Positions 1-10,176 of a stretch of 64,000 nt of DNA are shown piece by piece. Origin of the DNA: Calditrichales bacterium (GTDB lineage Bacteria > Calditrichota > Calditrichia > Calditrichales > J004); contig OZ254086.1 in assembly GCA_965267575.1 (NCBI GenBank), forward strand, positions 1,408,001 through 1,472,000, read 5' to 3'. The translations under genes and the position numbers were made by a program. The notes under the pieces were generated by a model. The model was given only the letters and a program-made list of their open reading frames with translations. It was not told where the DNA came from and made no database searches. The first letter of the stretch is position 1; every line of letters starts with the position of its first letter.

Positions 1-1
1 C

Positions 2-2578
2 CCAGTCGGTGTAATAAAGCTGCGATTCATCAGCCACCGGCTCGATCAGCACCTCGCGGCTGCCGGCCTCCTGCGGAGCGCTGTTTACAGTGATGCGGAC
101 GGGTTTGCCGGCTTTGTTAAGGAGAGCGCTGAAGGGATTGCCCATACCCTTGGTTGATTCATCTTCGATAGCGATGATATAATCGCCCTCGCTGATATCC
201 AGGCCTACCTGGGTCAGCGGCGAAATCGTTGATTTGTCCCAGTTTTTGCCTGGCAGGATTTGTGTAATCCTGAAGAATCCGGAACTGTGCTTTTCCAGCT
301 CGGCGCCAAGCAGGCCGGTTTGAATGCGTTTGGGCTGGGGGCGATCGCCACCGCCGACATAAGCGTGACCCACATTCAGCTCGCTGATCATCTCGCCAAT
401 AACATAGGTCAGGTCGTTGCGGTGGTTAACGTGAGCTACAAGCGGCGCGTACTTATCGCGGATGGCCGGCCAGTCTACGCCGTGCATGTTGGGGACGTAG
501 AAAAAGTCGCGCATCTGGCGCCAGCTTTCGTTGAATATCTGCGCCCATTCGGCTTTGTAATCCACATGCGCTTCCATGTTGGAAAGATTGAGCTTCTTGT
601 CGGTGTTGATCGGACCGGAGGGCATATCGATAATAGCGTAGGCATTGCCCATTCCTACAAGCATCTTTTTGCCATCGGCGGATACTTCATAGCCGTTTAT
701 CTCGCCCAGTTCAGTCTCTTTTTTCTCGGACAGGTTATACAAAAACAGCTTTGATTTCGGATCGCCGGAACCCTGGCGGATGTAATAAACCTTGCCGTCC
801 GTGCCGTAAAGGTTGCGGTATGCCGAGGAGGCAATCGGCAGCACGACGATGCGATCTACAATATTGTCAAAATCGACCGTTACACTGACGTCGCCTTCTT
901 TCTTTTCTTCCTCTTTGGAAGCGTTTACTTCATCATTTTCAGGGGCCAGCGGTGAAGGTGTTGATGCATTCAGAGTCAGCAGATAGACGCGGGCCATATC
1001 CTGGTAAGCGTGGTTCCACTCCGTCCAGCTGTAGATCGGATTAAAATCGCGGCTGGAGGTGAACATCAGGTATTTGCCGTCCTTGCTGAAAGCGGGCGAC
1101 CCCGAATTGTACCAGGCATCCGTTACCGGCCGGCTGTTGCCGCTGGCCAGCTCGTAGATGTAGATACGCTGCATTACCTCTTCTTCCGGGAAGCTGTAAG
1201 CAATAAAGCGGCTGTCGGGCGACCAGGTGTATTCGCCGATTTCCCATGCCGTAGCCTGGGCCACTTTTGTTGTTTTCTTTGTGTTGATATCCGTGTAGTA
1301 AAGCGTCTGAGAACGGTCGGCCCAGAGCAGCCTTTTACTGTCGGGAGACCAGTAGGGCTGGTACTTATAAGGCTTGCCGTTGTCGGTGATTCTCTGCGGC
1401 GGTTTCAGCCCGTCTTTGTCCTGAATGTAAATCTCATCTTCGCCGCTGGCATCGGAAATAAAAGCGATCCACTTGCCATCGGGCGACCATTTGGAATTAC
1501 GCTCGTGAATAGACGAGGTCCCGGTCAGGTTATAGGTGATGCCCTCTTTGGCGGGAACAGTGAAAACGTCGCCGCGCGCGCCGAACAAAGCACGCTTGCC
1601 GTCAGGGGCGATCTCATAGTTGGTTACTTCTTTGTCCACGCTTTTCAGCTCGGAGCGGGAAGCCAGGAAATCATTGGCGATTGTAATAGCGACTTTTTGC
1701 GGCTGATTGCTTTGTGTATCGAATTTGTAGATATAGCCGCCGTTTTCATATACGATGTAGCGTTGGCCGGCAGAAGGAAATTTAATGTCAAAATCGGCGT
1801 AGTCGGTCAGCCGTGTTTGCTCTTTACTCGCCGTATCATACACGTAGAGATTCATGCGCTTGTTGGGGCCGCGGTCGGAAAGAAAATAGATCTTATCAGC
1901 GATCCACATCGGGATAATATCCTGGGCCTCGTTATTTGTGAGGTTAGTGGTCTGTTTTGTGTTGAAATCAAACATCCAGACATCATCGGCCATGCCGCCG
2001 CGGTAACGCTTCCAGGTACGGAATTCGCGGAAGATGCGGTTAAAGGCCATTTTGCCGCCATCGGCGGAGTAGGAAAGAAAGCCGCCGCGGATAACCGGGA
2101 TCTGCTCGGGAAGCCCGCCATCCAGATCAACCGTGTACAACGATCCGTTAAAGCTGTTAAACGAACGCATCCGGGAGCGGAAGGCGATTTTTTTGCCATC
2201 CGGCGTCCAGTCCATCACAATGTTGTTGGGACCCATGCGGTCACCGATATCATCGCGGCCAAGCGTGGCTGTGTAGGTCAGACGCTTTGGTGTGCCTCCT
2301 TCCGCGGGCACAACGAAAACTTCGGTGTTGCCATCATACTGTCCGGTAAATGCAATGGTTTGCCCATCCGGTGAATAGCGGGCAAACATTTCGTAGCCGT
2401 CGTGGCTGGTCAGTTTGCGCGCCATGCCGCCGTCCAGGGAAACGGTATAAAGGTCACCGGCATAAGTAAATACCAGTTGCTGATCATTGGTCGCCGGAAA
2501 ACGAAGCAACCGTGCTTCATCCTGGGCCGCAAGCTGGGCCGTGAAGACAAATACGATCGCGAAAAACAGAAAACGCAT
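2..2578 (-). CDS. Tricorn-family S41 protease (beta-propeller + PDZ), runs off the left window edge
   Basis: Translated by hand, not in the ORF track. ATG at 2578 follows an AGGAG SD and gives MRFLFFAIVFVFTAQLAAQDEARLLRFPA...FTYAGDLY...ARYSPDGQTIAFTGQYDGNTEVF. The same frame reads REVLIEPVADESQLYYTDW at the edge. Confidence 0.9.
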   Translation of the reverse strand, partial: MRFLFFAIVFVFTAQLAAQDEARLLRFPATNDQQLVFTYAGDLYTVSLDGGMARKLTSHDGYEMFARYSPDGQTIAFTGQYDGNTEVFVVPAEGGTPKRLTYTATLGRDDIGDRMGPNNIVMDWTPDGKKIAFRSRMRSFNSFNGSLYTVDLDGGLPEQIPVIRGGFLSYSADGGKMAFNRIFREFRTWKRYRGGMADDVWMFDFNTKQTTNLTNNEAQDIIPMWIADKIYFLSDRGPNKRMNLYVYDTASKEQTRLTDYADFDIKFPSAGQRYIVYENGGYIYKFDTQSNQPQKVAITIANDFLASRSELKSVDKEVTNYEIAPDGKRALFGARGDVFTVPAKEGITYNLTGTSSIHERNSKWSPDGKWIAFISDASGEDEIYIQDKDGLKPPQRITDNGKPYKYQPYWSPDSKRLLWADRSQTLYYTDINTKKTTKVAQATAWEIGEYTWSPDSRFIAYSFPEEEVMQRIYIYELASGNSRPVTDAWYNSGSPAFSKDGKYLMFTSSRDFNPIYSWTEWNHAYQDMARVYLLTLNASTPSPLAPENDEVNASKEEEKKEGDVSVTVDFDNIVDRIVVLPIASSAYRNLYGTDGKVYYIRQGSGDPKSKLFLYNLSEKKETELGEINGYEVSADGKKMLVGMGNAYAIIDMPSGPINTDKKLNLSNMEAHVDYKAEWAQIFNESWRQMRDFFYVPNMHGVDWPAIRDKYAPLVAHVNHRNDLTYVIGEMISELNVGHAYVGGGDRPQPKRIQTGLLGAELEKHSSGFFRITQILPGKNWDKSTISPLTQVGLDISEGDYIIAIEDESTKGMGNPFSALLNKAGKPVRITVNSAPQEAGSREVLIEPVADESQLYYTDW

Positions 2579-2660
2579 AGCAATGCTCCTTGTAATTGTT
2601 AGGCGGGAAGAAAATACACTACGCGCGTTTTTAAGCTTGGTTGCGCGCATTTTGATGTAT

Positions 2661-2707
2661 AAAAAGCCGGGCCACGGACAGCAGCAAAAAAGGCGCCCGT
2701 CCCGGCT
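2661..2707 (-). terminator. Probable intrinsic terminator after the OPT operon
   Basis: Minus strand AGCCGGG-ACGGGC...GTCCGT-GG-CCCGGCT followed by a T run. Confidence 0.5.
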
Positions 2708-2734
2708 ATAATTGAATAAAGCCATATAAACAGT

Positions 2735-3271
2735 CTAAAGTTTCTTGTCCAGCTCGCGGATGCTTTCATAAGCCTGAATGAATTGCTCCTCCGTACGCTG
2801 CAGGTATTCCGTCACTTCGTCGATATAGCCGTCTGCCGAAGCCGACCAGACGCGGTTGAGATAGCGCTCACCCGTCGCGAAATGGTTCATTACCTCAGCG
2901 TAAGCATTCAGGCCGTGGACAAGGCCGATGCTTTTGCGCGCGTCCACGAAAATTTGCAAGTCTTCAGTCAGCTTCTCGTCAATCAGCGCATGGATCGCCT
3001 GGGGATGTGTCGGATCGAGCTGCCCGCGGATTTCCTTAACATCTTTTACAATCCGTTCCAGGCTGGCCTCAATATTCTTCATATTGCTGGTCAGCGTTTC
3101 CTCGTGCATGGCCTCTTTTTTGGTGCTGCTGCGAATGACCACAACCCCTATCACGCCCACCACAAAGGTGAGCGCAAACCAGAGCCAGTCCACATGGCGG
3201 GTTTCTACGACAGCCACAAGTGAAGCCGCAATAAAACCCAACGTAATTAATATATATCCGATTGCTTTCAT
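2735..3271 (-). CDS. Hypothetical membrane protein (2 N-terminal TM + helical domain)
   Basis: 178-aa ORF with a GGAGG SD, 9 bp downstream of the OPT gene. Confidence 0.8.
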   Translation of the reverse strand: MKAIGYILITLGFIAASLVAVVETRHVDWLWFALTFVVGVIGVVVIRSSTKKEAMHEETLTSNMKNIEASLERIVKDVKEIRGQLDPTHPQAIHALIDEKLTEDLQIFVDARKSIGLVHGLNAYAEVMNHFATGERYLNRVWSASADGYIDEVTEYLQRTEEQFIQAYESIRELDKKL

Positions 3272-3280
3272 GGCGGCCTC

Positions 3281-5011
3281 CTAGTTCATACCCTGAAAAA
3301 TGAAATAAATGGCAAAGCCCACACCGACAAGCGCTTCACCAACGATCAACCCTGCGGCAGCCGGGATACCAACCTGCTCGCTCCAGCCTTTGCCCATTTT
3401 CCAATCGGTGAACAGGCGCAGCAAAGTGCCCAGGCTGTAGGTTAGGACGATATTAAACGGGAGATAGAATCCCAGCCCGACAAGCACACCGAGTCCGCCC
3501 ACACCGCTGGCGCTGAGCAACGCTCCCAGTCCGGCACCGGCGATATATTTTTGAACAGGCACATCACCGCCCAAAATACCATCAATCATGCTGGCCAGGG
3601 CCTGACCCTGCGGCGCCGGTAAACGTTCGCTGCCAAGACCGTATGCTTCGTGCAGGATGAAGATCAGCACCATGATTACCGCGGGACCGATCCAGACACC
3701 CCAGAACTGACCGGCCTGTTGCTTGCGTGGCGCGGCACCGACCAGGTAACCGGTTTTCAGGTCCATCATCAGGTCCGTTGCCTGGGACATGGCCACACAG
3801 GCAGCGGCGCCAACCAGCAGGGATGAAATGATGGCGGCGCGATCGCCCAGACCCGAACTGATGATGATAAGAATGGTAACCGCGATCAGCGTCATACCAC
3901 TTAACGGCGACCAGTTGGTACGGCCGATACATTCGGCAAGAATGACACCGGCTACCCAGACCCAAACCGTACCCAACAAAGCCATCAACGCGCCACGGAA
4001 AAAGCCCATCTCTTCCGTTGAATAAATGGCTATGGCGAAAAGCAGAATCGCGGCCAGGGCGACGGCAACATAGAGTAGCTTGATCGGCATCTCTTCGGTG
4101 GAAACAGCCGTTTTTAGCTTCGAAGCCGTTTGCATACTGCGGATGGCGCTGGTAATAAGCGGCAGGGCCAGGACGATGCCCATCATGGCACCGCCGATCA
4201 GCATACCGATACCCACAGGGCGGAACAGCTCATAGCGCAAATAGCTGGGCATCGATTGTCCTGCTTCGGCCAGCACTTCGGGTGTAGGCAGCAGGCCCAA
4301 TCCCGAAAGAATAGGAGCTAACACCCAGTAACAGGTAAAGCCGCCGACGATAAAAAAGAAGCCGCCTTTACCGGCGATGTAGGCTGCGCCCAGCGTCAGC
4401 AGCGACACGTACCAGACGCCGTTCATGTACTCGGGCATACCGATCTGCGCGCCAAGGTTCCAGTTTTCAAAGCCTGTCGTTTGGCTGATAAAGTGTAGAA
4501 TCGCACTGACCGCCGCGCCTCCCAGAAGATAAAACGCCTTACGAATCCCGGCACCAGGAGATTTTAGAATAGTAGCGACCGCCACGCCTCCGGGATAGGT
4601 CAGTCGCTCAAAATCTATCATTTGCTTGCGCAGCGGTATAATAAAAGCCACGCCCAAAACACCGCCGGCGATACAGGCAAAGACCATCACAACAGCATTG
4701 AAATCGGTCTGCCCCAGAATAAACAAGGCCGGTACCGAAAACATCATACCGCTGGATGCGCCGTTAACGGCACTGGCCACTGTCTGGTTGATGTTGTTCT
4801 CGATGATGCTGCTGCGCCCCATCAGACCGCGAAGGATACCAAAACCAAGAATGGCCGCCAGCTCCGAGCCCTCGATGGAAAAGCCCAGAATAAGGGCGGC
4901 GTAACCGATGCTTAATGCGATCAGAATTCCTAAAACATAACCCACAAGTACCGCGGTAGGTGTCAGTTCAGGATACGGCCCGCGCCGTACAATATGCTCC
5001 GTTTGTGCCAC
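3281..5011 (-). CDS. OPT/YSL family oligopeptide transporter
   Basis: Multi-TM protein with PELT, ENNINQTVASA, LTYPGGVAVA, DLKTGYLVGA and LPAPQ motifs. GTG start at 5011 after GGGGA is preferred to 5083. Confidence 0.9.
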   Translation of the reverse strand: MAQTEHIVRRGPYPELTPTAVLVGYVLGILIALSIGYAALILGFSIEGSELAAILGFGILRGLMGRSSIIENNINQTVASAVNGASSGMMFSVPALFILGQTDFNAVVMVFACIAGGVLGVAFIIPLRKQMIDFERLTYPGGVAVATILKSPGAGIRKAFYLLGGAAVSAILHFISQTTGFENWNLGAQIGMPEYMNGVWYVSLLTLGAAYIAGKGGFFFIVGGFTCYWVLAPILSGLGLLPTPEVLAEAGQSMPSYLRYELFRPVGIGMLIGGAMMGIVLALPLITSAIRSMQTASKLKTAVSTEEMPIKLLYVAVALAAILLFAIAIYSTEEMGFFRGALMALLGTVWVWVAGVILAECIGRTNWSPLSGMTLIAVTILIIISSGLGDRAAIISSLLVGAAACVAMSQATDLMMDLKTGYLVGAAPRKQQAGQFWGVWIGPAVIMVLIFILHEAYGLGSERLPAPQGQALASMIDGILGGDVPVQKYIAGAGLGALLSASGVGGLGVLVGLGFYLPFNIVLTYSLGTLLRLFTDWKMGKGWSEQVGIPAAAGLIVGEALVGVGFAIYFIFQGMN

Positions 5012-5207
5012 GCTGAGTCCCCCTATGTGTGAAAGTAAGTTGCAAGTTGCGTACTTAAAATAAGGAAATCGGCCATTTCTCAAAACAAAAAATAATCTGC
5101 AAAAGAACAGAAATATCAGTTGATTTTGTGAAATAATTCTTTATTATATATAGAATTTTTAGATAACCTTCCATAGGGGACTGGATGGGGACGGAAGGGC
5201 GTCTGCC

Positions 5208-6611
5208 TTACGAGACAGACGCCTTTTTTATTTTTAACTGTTCAGCCTTTTTTGCCAGCTCCGCGCGGCCCGCCTTGATAGATCCGGCGCTTTCTTCCGG
5301 CAACTCAAAAAAATAGTCCGGCACTTTAAAGCCGGCCAAATGCTTTTTCAGATAAGATCGTATTTCTTCGAACTTTATGCTTTTTCCCTTTACAAAAGCC
5401 GCCGGCCTGCGACCAAATTCTTTATCGGAAACCGCCACCACAATTGCCCGGTCAACCGCGGGATGCTTCAAAAGGATTCGCTCAATTTCTTCCGGCTGAA
5501 TGTTTTCCCCGCCGCTGATAAACATATTGTCCTTGCGTCCGCTAATTTTCAGTTTTCCGTTTCTGTCCATTTCACCCAAATCACCGCTCAAAAACCAGCC
5601 GCTTCGATCAAACGGTTTTTCCAGGGCGCCGTTTTCAAGATAGCCCAAAAAGCGCGTTTCACCGGCCAGGGCAACTTCACCATCTTTTAAGACCTTAGCC
5701 TTTCTGTAGGGCAATATGGTAGCCGCTTGGGGATTGTCCGGATTGGCTATGGCAACCGTGCTGGCCATCTCGGTCAAACCGTAGCCGGGATAGAGCATGT
5801 TCAGGCCCAATTCGCGGGCGGCGTGCAGCAGGTTTTGCGCTATGGCGCTGCCGCCAAGCAAAATGCGCGATTGTTTCAGTTGCCCGGTGACATTCCCTGC
5901 GGACAACAGGCGTTGAAGTTGCGTGGCCACCAGCGAGATGTGCGTAGGCTGGTGGTCAATGACAGCCTCTTCCAATGACGCACTATCTTTAACCGGGATG
6001 ACGCTTGCCCCGGCAACCATTGCCCGTGTTAGAATTGCCAGTCCGCTTACATGGTGCATTGGCAGGCATAACAGCCAGCGGCTGGGCGTGCCGAAGTCAA
6101 GTGTTTGGTTAATACCCAGCGCACTGAAGTAGTGGTTGCCAATGGAATGAAGCACGTACTTGGGGTTCCCGCCGCTGCCCGATGTCAGTACAATCGTGGC
6201 CGGGCTTTTCAGTTTAAGTGGAGGAGCAGCGAGTGGCACGGCTGACCCGGCTAATAAATCTTCTATGTAGAGGCGCTTATGATCGCTGCCGAAGGCAGTG
6301 CTTTTGGAGGTTGCTAAAACAGCGTCGCAGTCACTAAGATGTTTGGACAGTGTTGCAGGAGGTAATTTGGCATTAAGCGGAAAGACGGTGTGCCCCTCAT
6401 ACCAGGAGGCCACAAGCAAAGCGGCGAAATCGGAAGCAGGCAGACCGGCGCAGGCGATAACAGTCGGTTTTGTAAGCCTTTCCCGCAAAGATCCGCGAAG
6501 TATATCTATGCGCTCCAATAGATGCCCATAATCTTGCGCTACATTGCCGTGGCAAAATGGCGATGCCGCATTGGCGACCATTGAGCCGTAAAGGTCCCAG
6601 GTACGTTTCAT
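5208..6611 (-). CDS. menE: o-succinylbenzoate-CoA ligase
   Basis: AMP-binding motifs TSGSGGNPK, YGLTE, SGDLG and GRKDNMFISGGENI; men operon context. Confidence 0.9.
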   Translation of the reverse strand: MKRTWDLYGSMVANAASPFCHGNVAQDYGHLLERIDILRGSLRERLTKPTVIACAGLPASDFAALLVASWYEGHTVFPLNAKLPPATLSKHLSDCDAVLATSKSTAFGSDHKRLYIEDLLAGSAVPLAAPPLKLKSPATIVLTSGSGGNPKYVLHSIGNHYFSALGINQTLDFGTPSRWLLCLPMHHVSGLAILTRAMVAGASVIPVKDSASLEEAVIDHQPTHISLVATQLQRLLSAGNVTGQLKQSRILLGGSAIAQNLLHAARELGLNMLYPGYGLTEMASTVAIANPDNPQAATILPYRKAKVLKDGEVALAGETRFLGYLENGALEKPFDRSGWFLSGDLGEMDRNGKLKISGRKDNMFISGGENIQPEEIERILLKHPAVDRAIVVAVSDKEFGRRPAAFVKGKSIKFEEIRSYLKKHLAGFKVPDYFFELPEESAGSIKAGRAELAKKAEQLKIKKASVS

Positions 6612-7648
6612 GGCACCTCTTGCAACACGCTGCGGTCCGGCTCGATTTGCTGCATGGCTGTTATTGAGTCGGCCGTTGGGGTATCCAGCTTTGCCAGATC
6701 GTTTTCAAAGAAGCGGGAGGTATCAAGTCCGTGCGCCGTTTTAGCGGCAAGAGCAGCGGCCAGGTGCGCCAGGAGATTTAATCCGACGGCGCTTTCAAAA
6801 ACGCTGCTGATGGTGCAGTCGATACCCGCGTTTTGTGCCGCGCGCGCCCAGGCCAGTGTTTTAAAGATGCCATGCAGCGAAGGCTTCAGAACCAAAGCCC
6901 GGCATCCACCGGGAAATTGCACGGCGTCCGGCCGCAAGTCACGCAGCGACTCATCGAGCGCGAAGGGCAGACCGGTTTGCGTGTAAAAGCTTTCCAGGTC
7001 TGAAGGTTTTTTCAGCGGCTCCTCGATGTATTCAATGGGAGCTTGCAGCTTGTCAGTAAAGAGGACTGCTTCTTCAAGCGACCAGCTTCGATTGGCATCC
7101 AGGCGTATGGTTGTGCCCTTCCTCAGCATCCGGGCAATGCGGTTTACAAAGGAGGCTTCTTTCACCGGACTGTGCCGGCCGACTTTTATTTTAATGCTGT
7201 GAAAATTATCAACGATCGCCTTTAAGCTATTTTCATCATCTGACATGGAGACAAGCGCATTGAGCCGGACGGATGAAGCGGAGCCGGGATTAAGCGCCGT
7301 ATGCAGGGTTAGGTTCTGATTTATGGCAAAAATTTGCAGCCACAAACCCTGCAGGGCAAAGCGCAAACTGGGTGGCCAGGCGGCAGTTGTTAGCATATTG
7401 GGCTCGCGTTCAGGACTGTTCAGGTTTGTCAACAGGAAACCGGCTTCATGCCGCAGAGTCAGGACCTGTTCCACCGTTTCGCGGTGCAGTCCCGGCAACG
7501 GCGCGGCCTCACTCCAGAGGGACAGACCCGAGTCGGTTACGCCTTCAACTACAATACCATGCCGCCGTGTAAGTCGTTGACCCATCATTAGCAGCGGGGC
7601 TTTCAAACGGCGATTGTATTGATACCAGCGCAGAGATTTAAAATACAT
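6608..7648 (-). CDS. menC: o-succinylbenzoate synthase
   Basis: Enolase-superfamily motifs KIKVG, RLDAN, IEEP, LDES, LKP. Confidence 0.9.
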   Translation of the reverse strand: MYFKSLRWYQYNRRLKAPLLMMGQRLTRRHGIVVEGVTDSGLSLWSEAAPLPGLHRETVEQVLTLRHEAGFLLTNLNSPEREPNMLTTAAWPPSLRFALQGLWLQIFAINQNLTLHTALNPGSASSVRLNALVSMSDDENSLKAIVDNFHSIKIKVGRHSPVKEASFVNRIARMLRKGTTIRLDANRSWSLEEAVLFTDKLQAPIEYIEEPLKKPSDLESFYTQTGLPFALDESLRDLRPDAVQFPGGCRALVLKPSLHGIFKTLAWARAAQNAGIDCTISSVFESAVGLNLLAHLAAALAAKTAHGLDTSRFFENDLAKLDTPTADSITAMQQIEPDRSVLQEVP

Positions 7649-7652
7649 CGGA

Positions 7653-8528
7653 TCAGGCGATCCAGCCTATGGCAAAAATAAGGCTGTAAAGGAATAGAAT
7701 TTTACCCGTGTTGGCCAAAACCTTATTCAGAGGTGCCCCGGCGCTGCCGTCCAGCACCATGCGAATGCCGGGCACGGCGGGAAAAAGCACCAGGAGAGTC
7801 AGAATAGACAAATAGTTTTCGTGCGTCATGTAGATCAGGATCAGTGGAACGAGGCAGGCAGCCAGCATACTCGCAATGTATTCGAAGCGGGCAAAGGCCA
7901 CGCCGAAGCGCACGGCCAGCGTCCGTTTGCCGGCCAGACGATCGGTTTTAATATCACGCAAATTGTTGACTGTGAGGATGGCCATGGAAATAAAGCCCGG
8001 CGCCAGCCCCGCCACCAGCACCACCGCTGTCATATCCAGCGTTTGTACATAATAACTGCCACCTACGGCAACAGGCCCGAAAAAGACCAGCACAAAAATA
8101 TCACCCAACCCGTTATAACCCAGCGGATAGGGACCGCCGGTATAAAGAATACCAAACAGGATCGAGAGCAATCCAATCAACAGGATGGGCCAGCCGCCTC
8201 TGAAAATGAGATATAGCCCGATAATAAAAGCGAGAGTGAAGGTGAGAATAAAGGCACGCTTCATTACAGCAGGTGCAATAAGCCCGGTCTGCGTCGCCCG
8301 ACGGGGGCCAAGACGCTCGTGGTTGTCCGCGCCCTTTTTAAAATCAAAATAGTCGTTGGCGTAGTTGGTGCCGATTTGTATCAGCAGTGCGCCGAGCAGG
8401 GCCGCAAGCGCCGCGGGAAGATGAAAGCCGCCATCGTGAAAGGCCATGGCGCTGCCCATGATAACGGGCGCGGCCGCAGCCGGCAGTGTTTTGGGGCGGC
8501 TGGCTTCAATCCAGATACTGAGATTCAT
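7653..8528 (-). CDS. menA: DHNA polyprenyltransferase
   Basis: RPKTL, NDYFD and NNLRDIKTD UbiA-family motifs; multi-TM. Confidence 0.95.
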   Translation of the reverse strand: MNLSIWIEASRPKTLPAAAAPVIMGSAMAFHDGGFHLPAALAALLGALLIQIGTNYANDYFDFKKGADNHERLGPRRATQTGLIAPAVMKRAFILTFTLAFIIGLYLIFRGGWPILLIGLLSILFGILYTGGPYPLGYNGLGDIFVLVFFGPVAVGGSYYVQTLDMTAVVLVAGLAPGFISMAILTVNNLRDIKTDRLAGKRTLAVRFGVAFARFEYIASMLAACLVPLILIYMTHENYLSILTLLVLFPAVPGIRMVLDGSAGAPLNKVLANTGKILFLYSLIFAIGWIA

Positions 8529-8543
8529 AACCGATAATCTTGA

Positions 8544-9368
8544 TTAAGGCCTGCGTGTAAATTTGGCAAAGTCCGGTTTGCGCTTTTCCAGGAATGCATT
8601 CTTACCTTCCTGACCTTCTTCGCTCATATAGAACAGCATGGTGGCGGCGCCGGCCAGTTCCTGCAGACCGGCTTGTCCGTCACAGTCGGCATTAAGGGCC
8701 GCCTTCAGGCAACGGATGGCTGTGGGTGAGTTGGCCAGGATATCTTTGCACCATTCGATTGTTTCTTCTTCCAGTTTTGCATAAGGCACAACCGTATTCA
8801 CAAGGCCCATATCCAGCGCCTGCTGCGCGTCGTACTGGCGGCAGAGAAACCAGATCTCGCGTGCCTTTTTCTGACCCACGATACGCGCCATATAGCTGGC
8901 GCCGTAGCCGCCGTCGAAGGAGCCTACCTTGGGACCGGTTTGTCCGAAGCGCGCGTTATCCGCGGCAATGGTCAGATCGCACATCAGGTGCAGAACGTGC
9001 CCGCCCCCGATGGCGTATCCCGCTACCATGGCGATGACCGGTTTGGGACAGGTGCGGATCTGGCGCTGAAAGTCGAGCACGTTCAGCCGATGCACGCCGT
9101 CATCACCGACATAACCGGCTTCGCCCCTTACACGCTGGTCACCACCGGAGCAAAAGGCCTTTTCGCCTTCACCCGTCAATATGATAACGCCGATGCTGCT
9201 GTCGTCACGGGCGTCAGCCAGTGCCTGCATCATTTCCTGCACGGTAAGCGGACGAAAAGCGTTGCGTACTTCCGGCCTGTTTATGGTGATTTTGGCGATG
9301 CCAGACGGATCGCTCGATTTTTCATATTTAATGTCTTCAAAATTTAAAGCGCTTGACCATTGCGTCAT
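8544..9368 (-). CDS. menB: 1,4-dihydroxy-2-naphthoyl-CoA synthase
   Basis: [29 protein letters not shown]. Confidence 0.97.
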   Translation of the reverse strand: MTQWSSALNFEDIKYEKSSDPSGIAKITINRPEVRNAFRPLTVQEMMQALADARDDSSIGVIILTGEGEKAFCSGGDQRVRGEAGYVGDDGVHRLNVLDFQRQIRTCPKPVIAMVAGYAIGGGHVLHLMCDLTIAADNARFGQTGPKVGSFDGGYGASYMARIVGQKKAREIWFLCRQYDAQQALDMGLVNTVVPYAKLEEETIEWCKDILANSPTAIRCLKAALNADCDGQAGLQELAGAATMLFYMSEEGQEGKNAFLEKRKPDFAKFTRRP

Positions 9369-9390
9369 TTTTAACCCCTATCTCGTTTTA

Positions 9391-10176
9391 TTAGCGAATT
9401 GACAAATTTAAGAAGCTTACAAGATGTTCTGCAAATAGCTGTGGTTGCATAAAGTGTGTGTTGTGGCTGCAGTTTTTCATGGCAATGCTTTTAAACGACA
9501 TATTTAGCTGCAGCATTTCATGTGTGATTTGCCGGTATCGTACATCATCCTCACCGTGGATTAACAGCGTTGGCTTTTTAAATGCCGGCAAAAGGACCCT
9601 GTAATTTGTCTGAACACCCGGCGAGTACGCCACAATCGCCTGCGCTATGTTTTCTTTGTCCTGTGCTAGCCGGCTTTGCAGAAGCTGCCGGAAGTGTGGC
9701 GCCGATTTAATGCCCATAAACAGATCAGCGTCATACCAGGCGTTCAGAAACAGAGCATAGTCTGCGCGGATGGCCGCGGCGCGGCTTTTATCCTGTTCCA
9801 GGCGCGCCTGTTTGTGTGGTCCTTCGGGCATGCCCGGAGATGTTGACTCCAGGATAATCGCGCTGACATAGGCCGGATAATGCAGCGCAAAATCAAGTGC
9901 AACGCGCCCTCCAAGCGAATAACCGCACAGCGCAATATGGGGAAGATCGTAGTTGTCTAAAATGTCCAGGATTAGCGAGCGGGCGGCATCAAAGCCCGGT
10001 TTGGTTTTGCCGGCGGAAGCATGTCCAGGCAGATCGGCGGCTATCAAAAAATACTGATTCCGGGCGTAGCCGGCCACTTCAGACCAGTCAACGGCGGAGC
10101 CCATAAAGCCATGCAGAAGCAGAACCGCCGGTTTTTCCGGGTTGCCCCAGGTCAGGCCATATTTTGTTTTAACCAT
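9391..10176 (-). CDS. menH: SHCHC synthase (alpha/beta hydrolase)
   Basis: LHGFMGS, GYSLGGR; lies between menD and menB. Confidence 0.88.
   Translation of the reverse strand: MVKTKYGLTWGNPEKPAVLLLHGFMGSAVDWSEVAGYARNQYFLIAADLPGHASAGKTKPGFDAARSLILDILDNYDLPHIALCGYSLGGRVALDFALHYPAYVSAIILESTSPGMPEGPHKQARLEQDKSRAAAIRADYALFLNAWYDADLFMGIKSAPHFRQLLQSRLAQDKENIAQAIVAYSPGVQTNYRVLLPAFKKPTLLIHGEDDVRYRQITHEMLQLNMSFKSIAMKNCSHNTHFMQPQLFAEHLVSFLNLSIR

Noticed and set aside
1010-2374. 454-aa plus-strand ORF
   Set aside because: It is an antisense shadow of the tricorn protease with no recognisable motifs.
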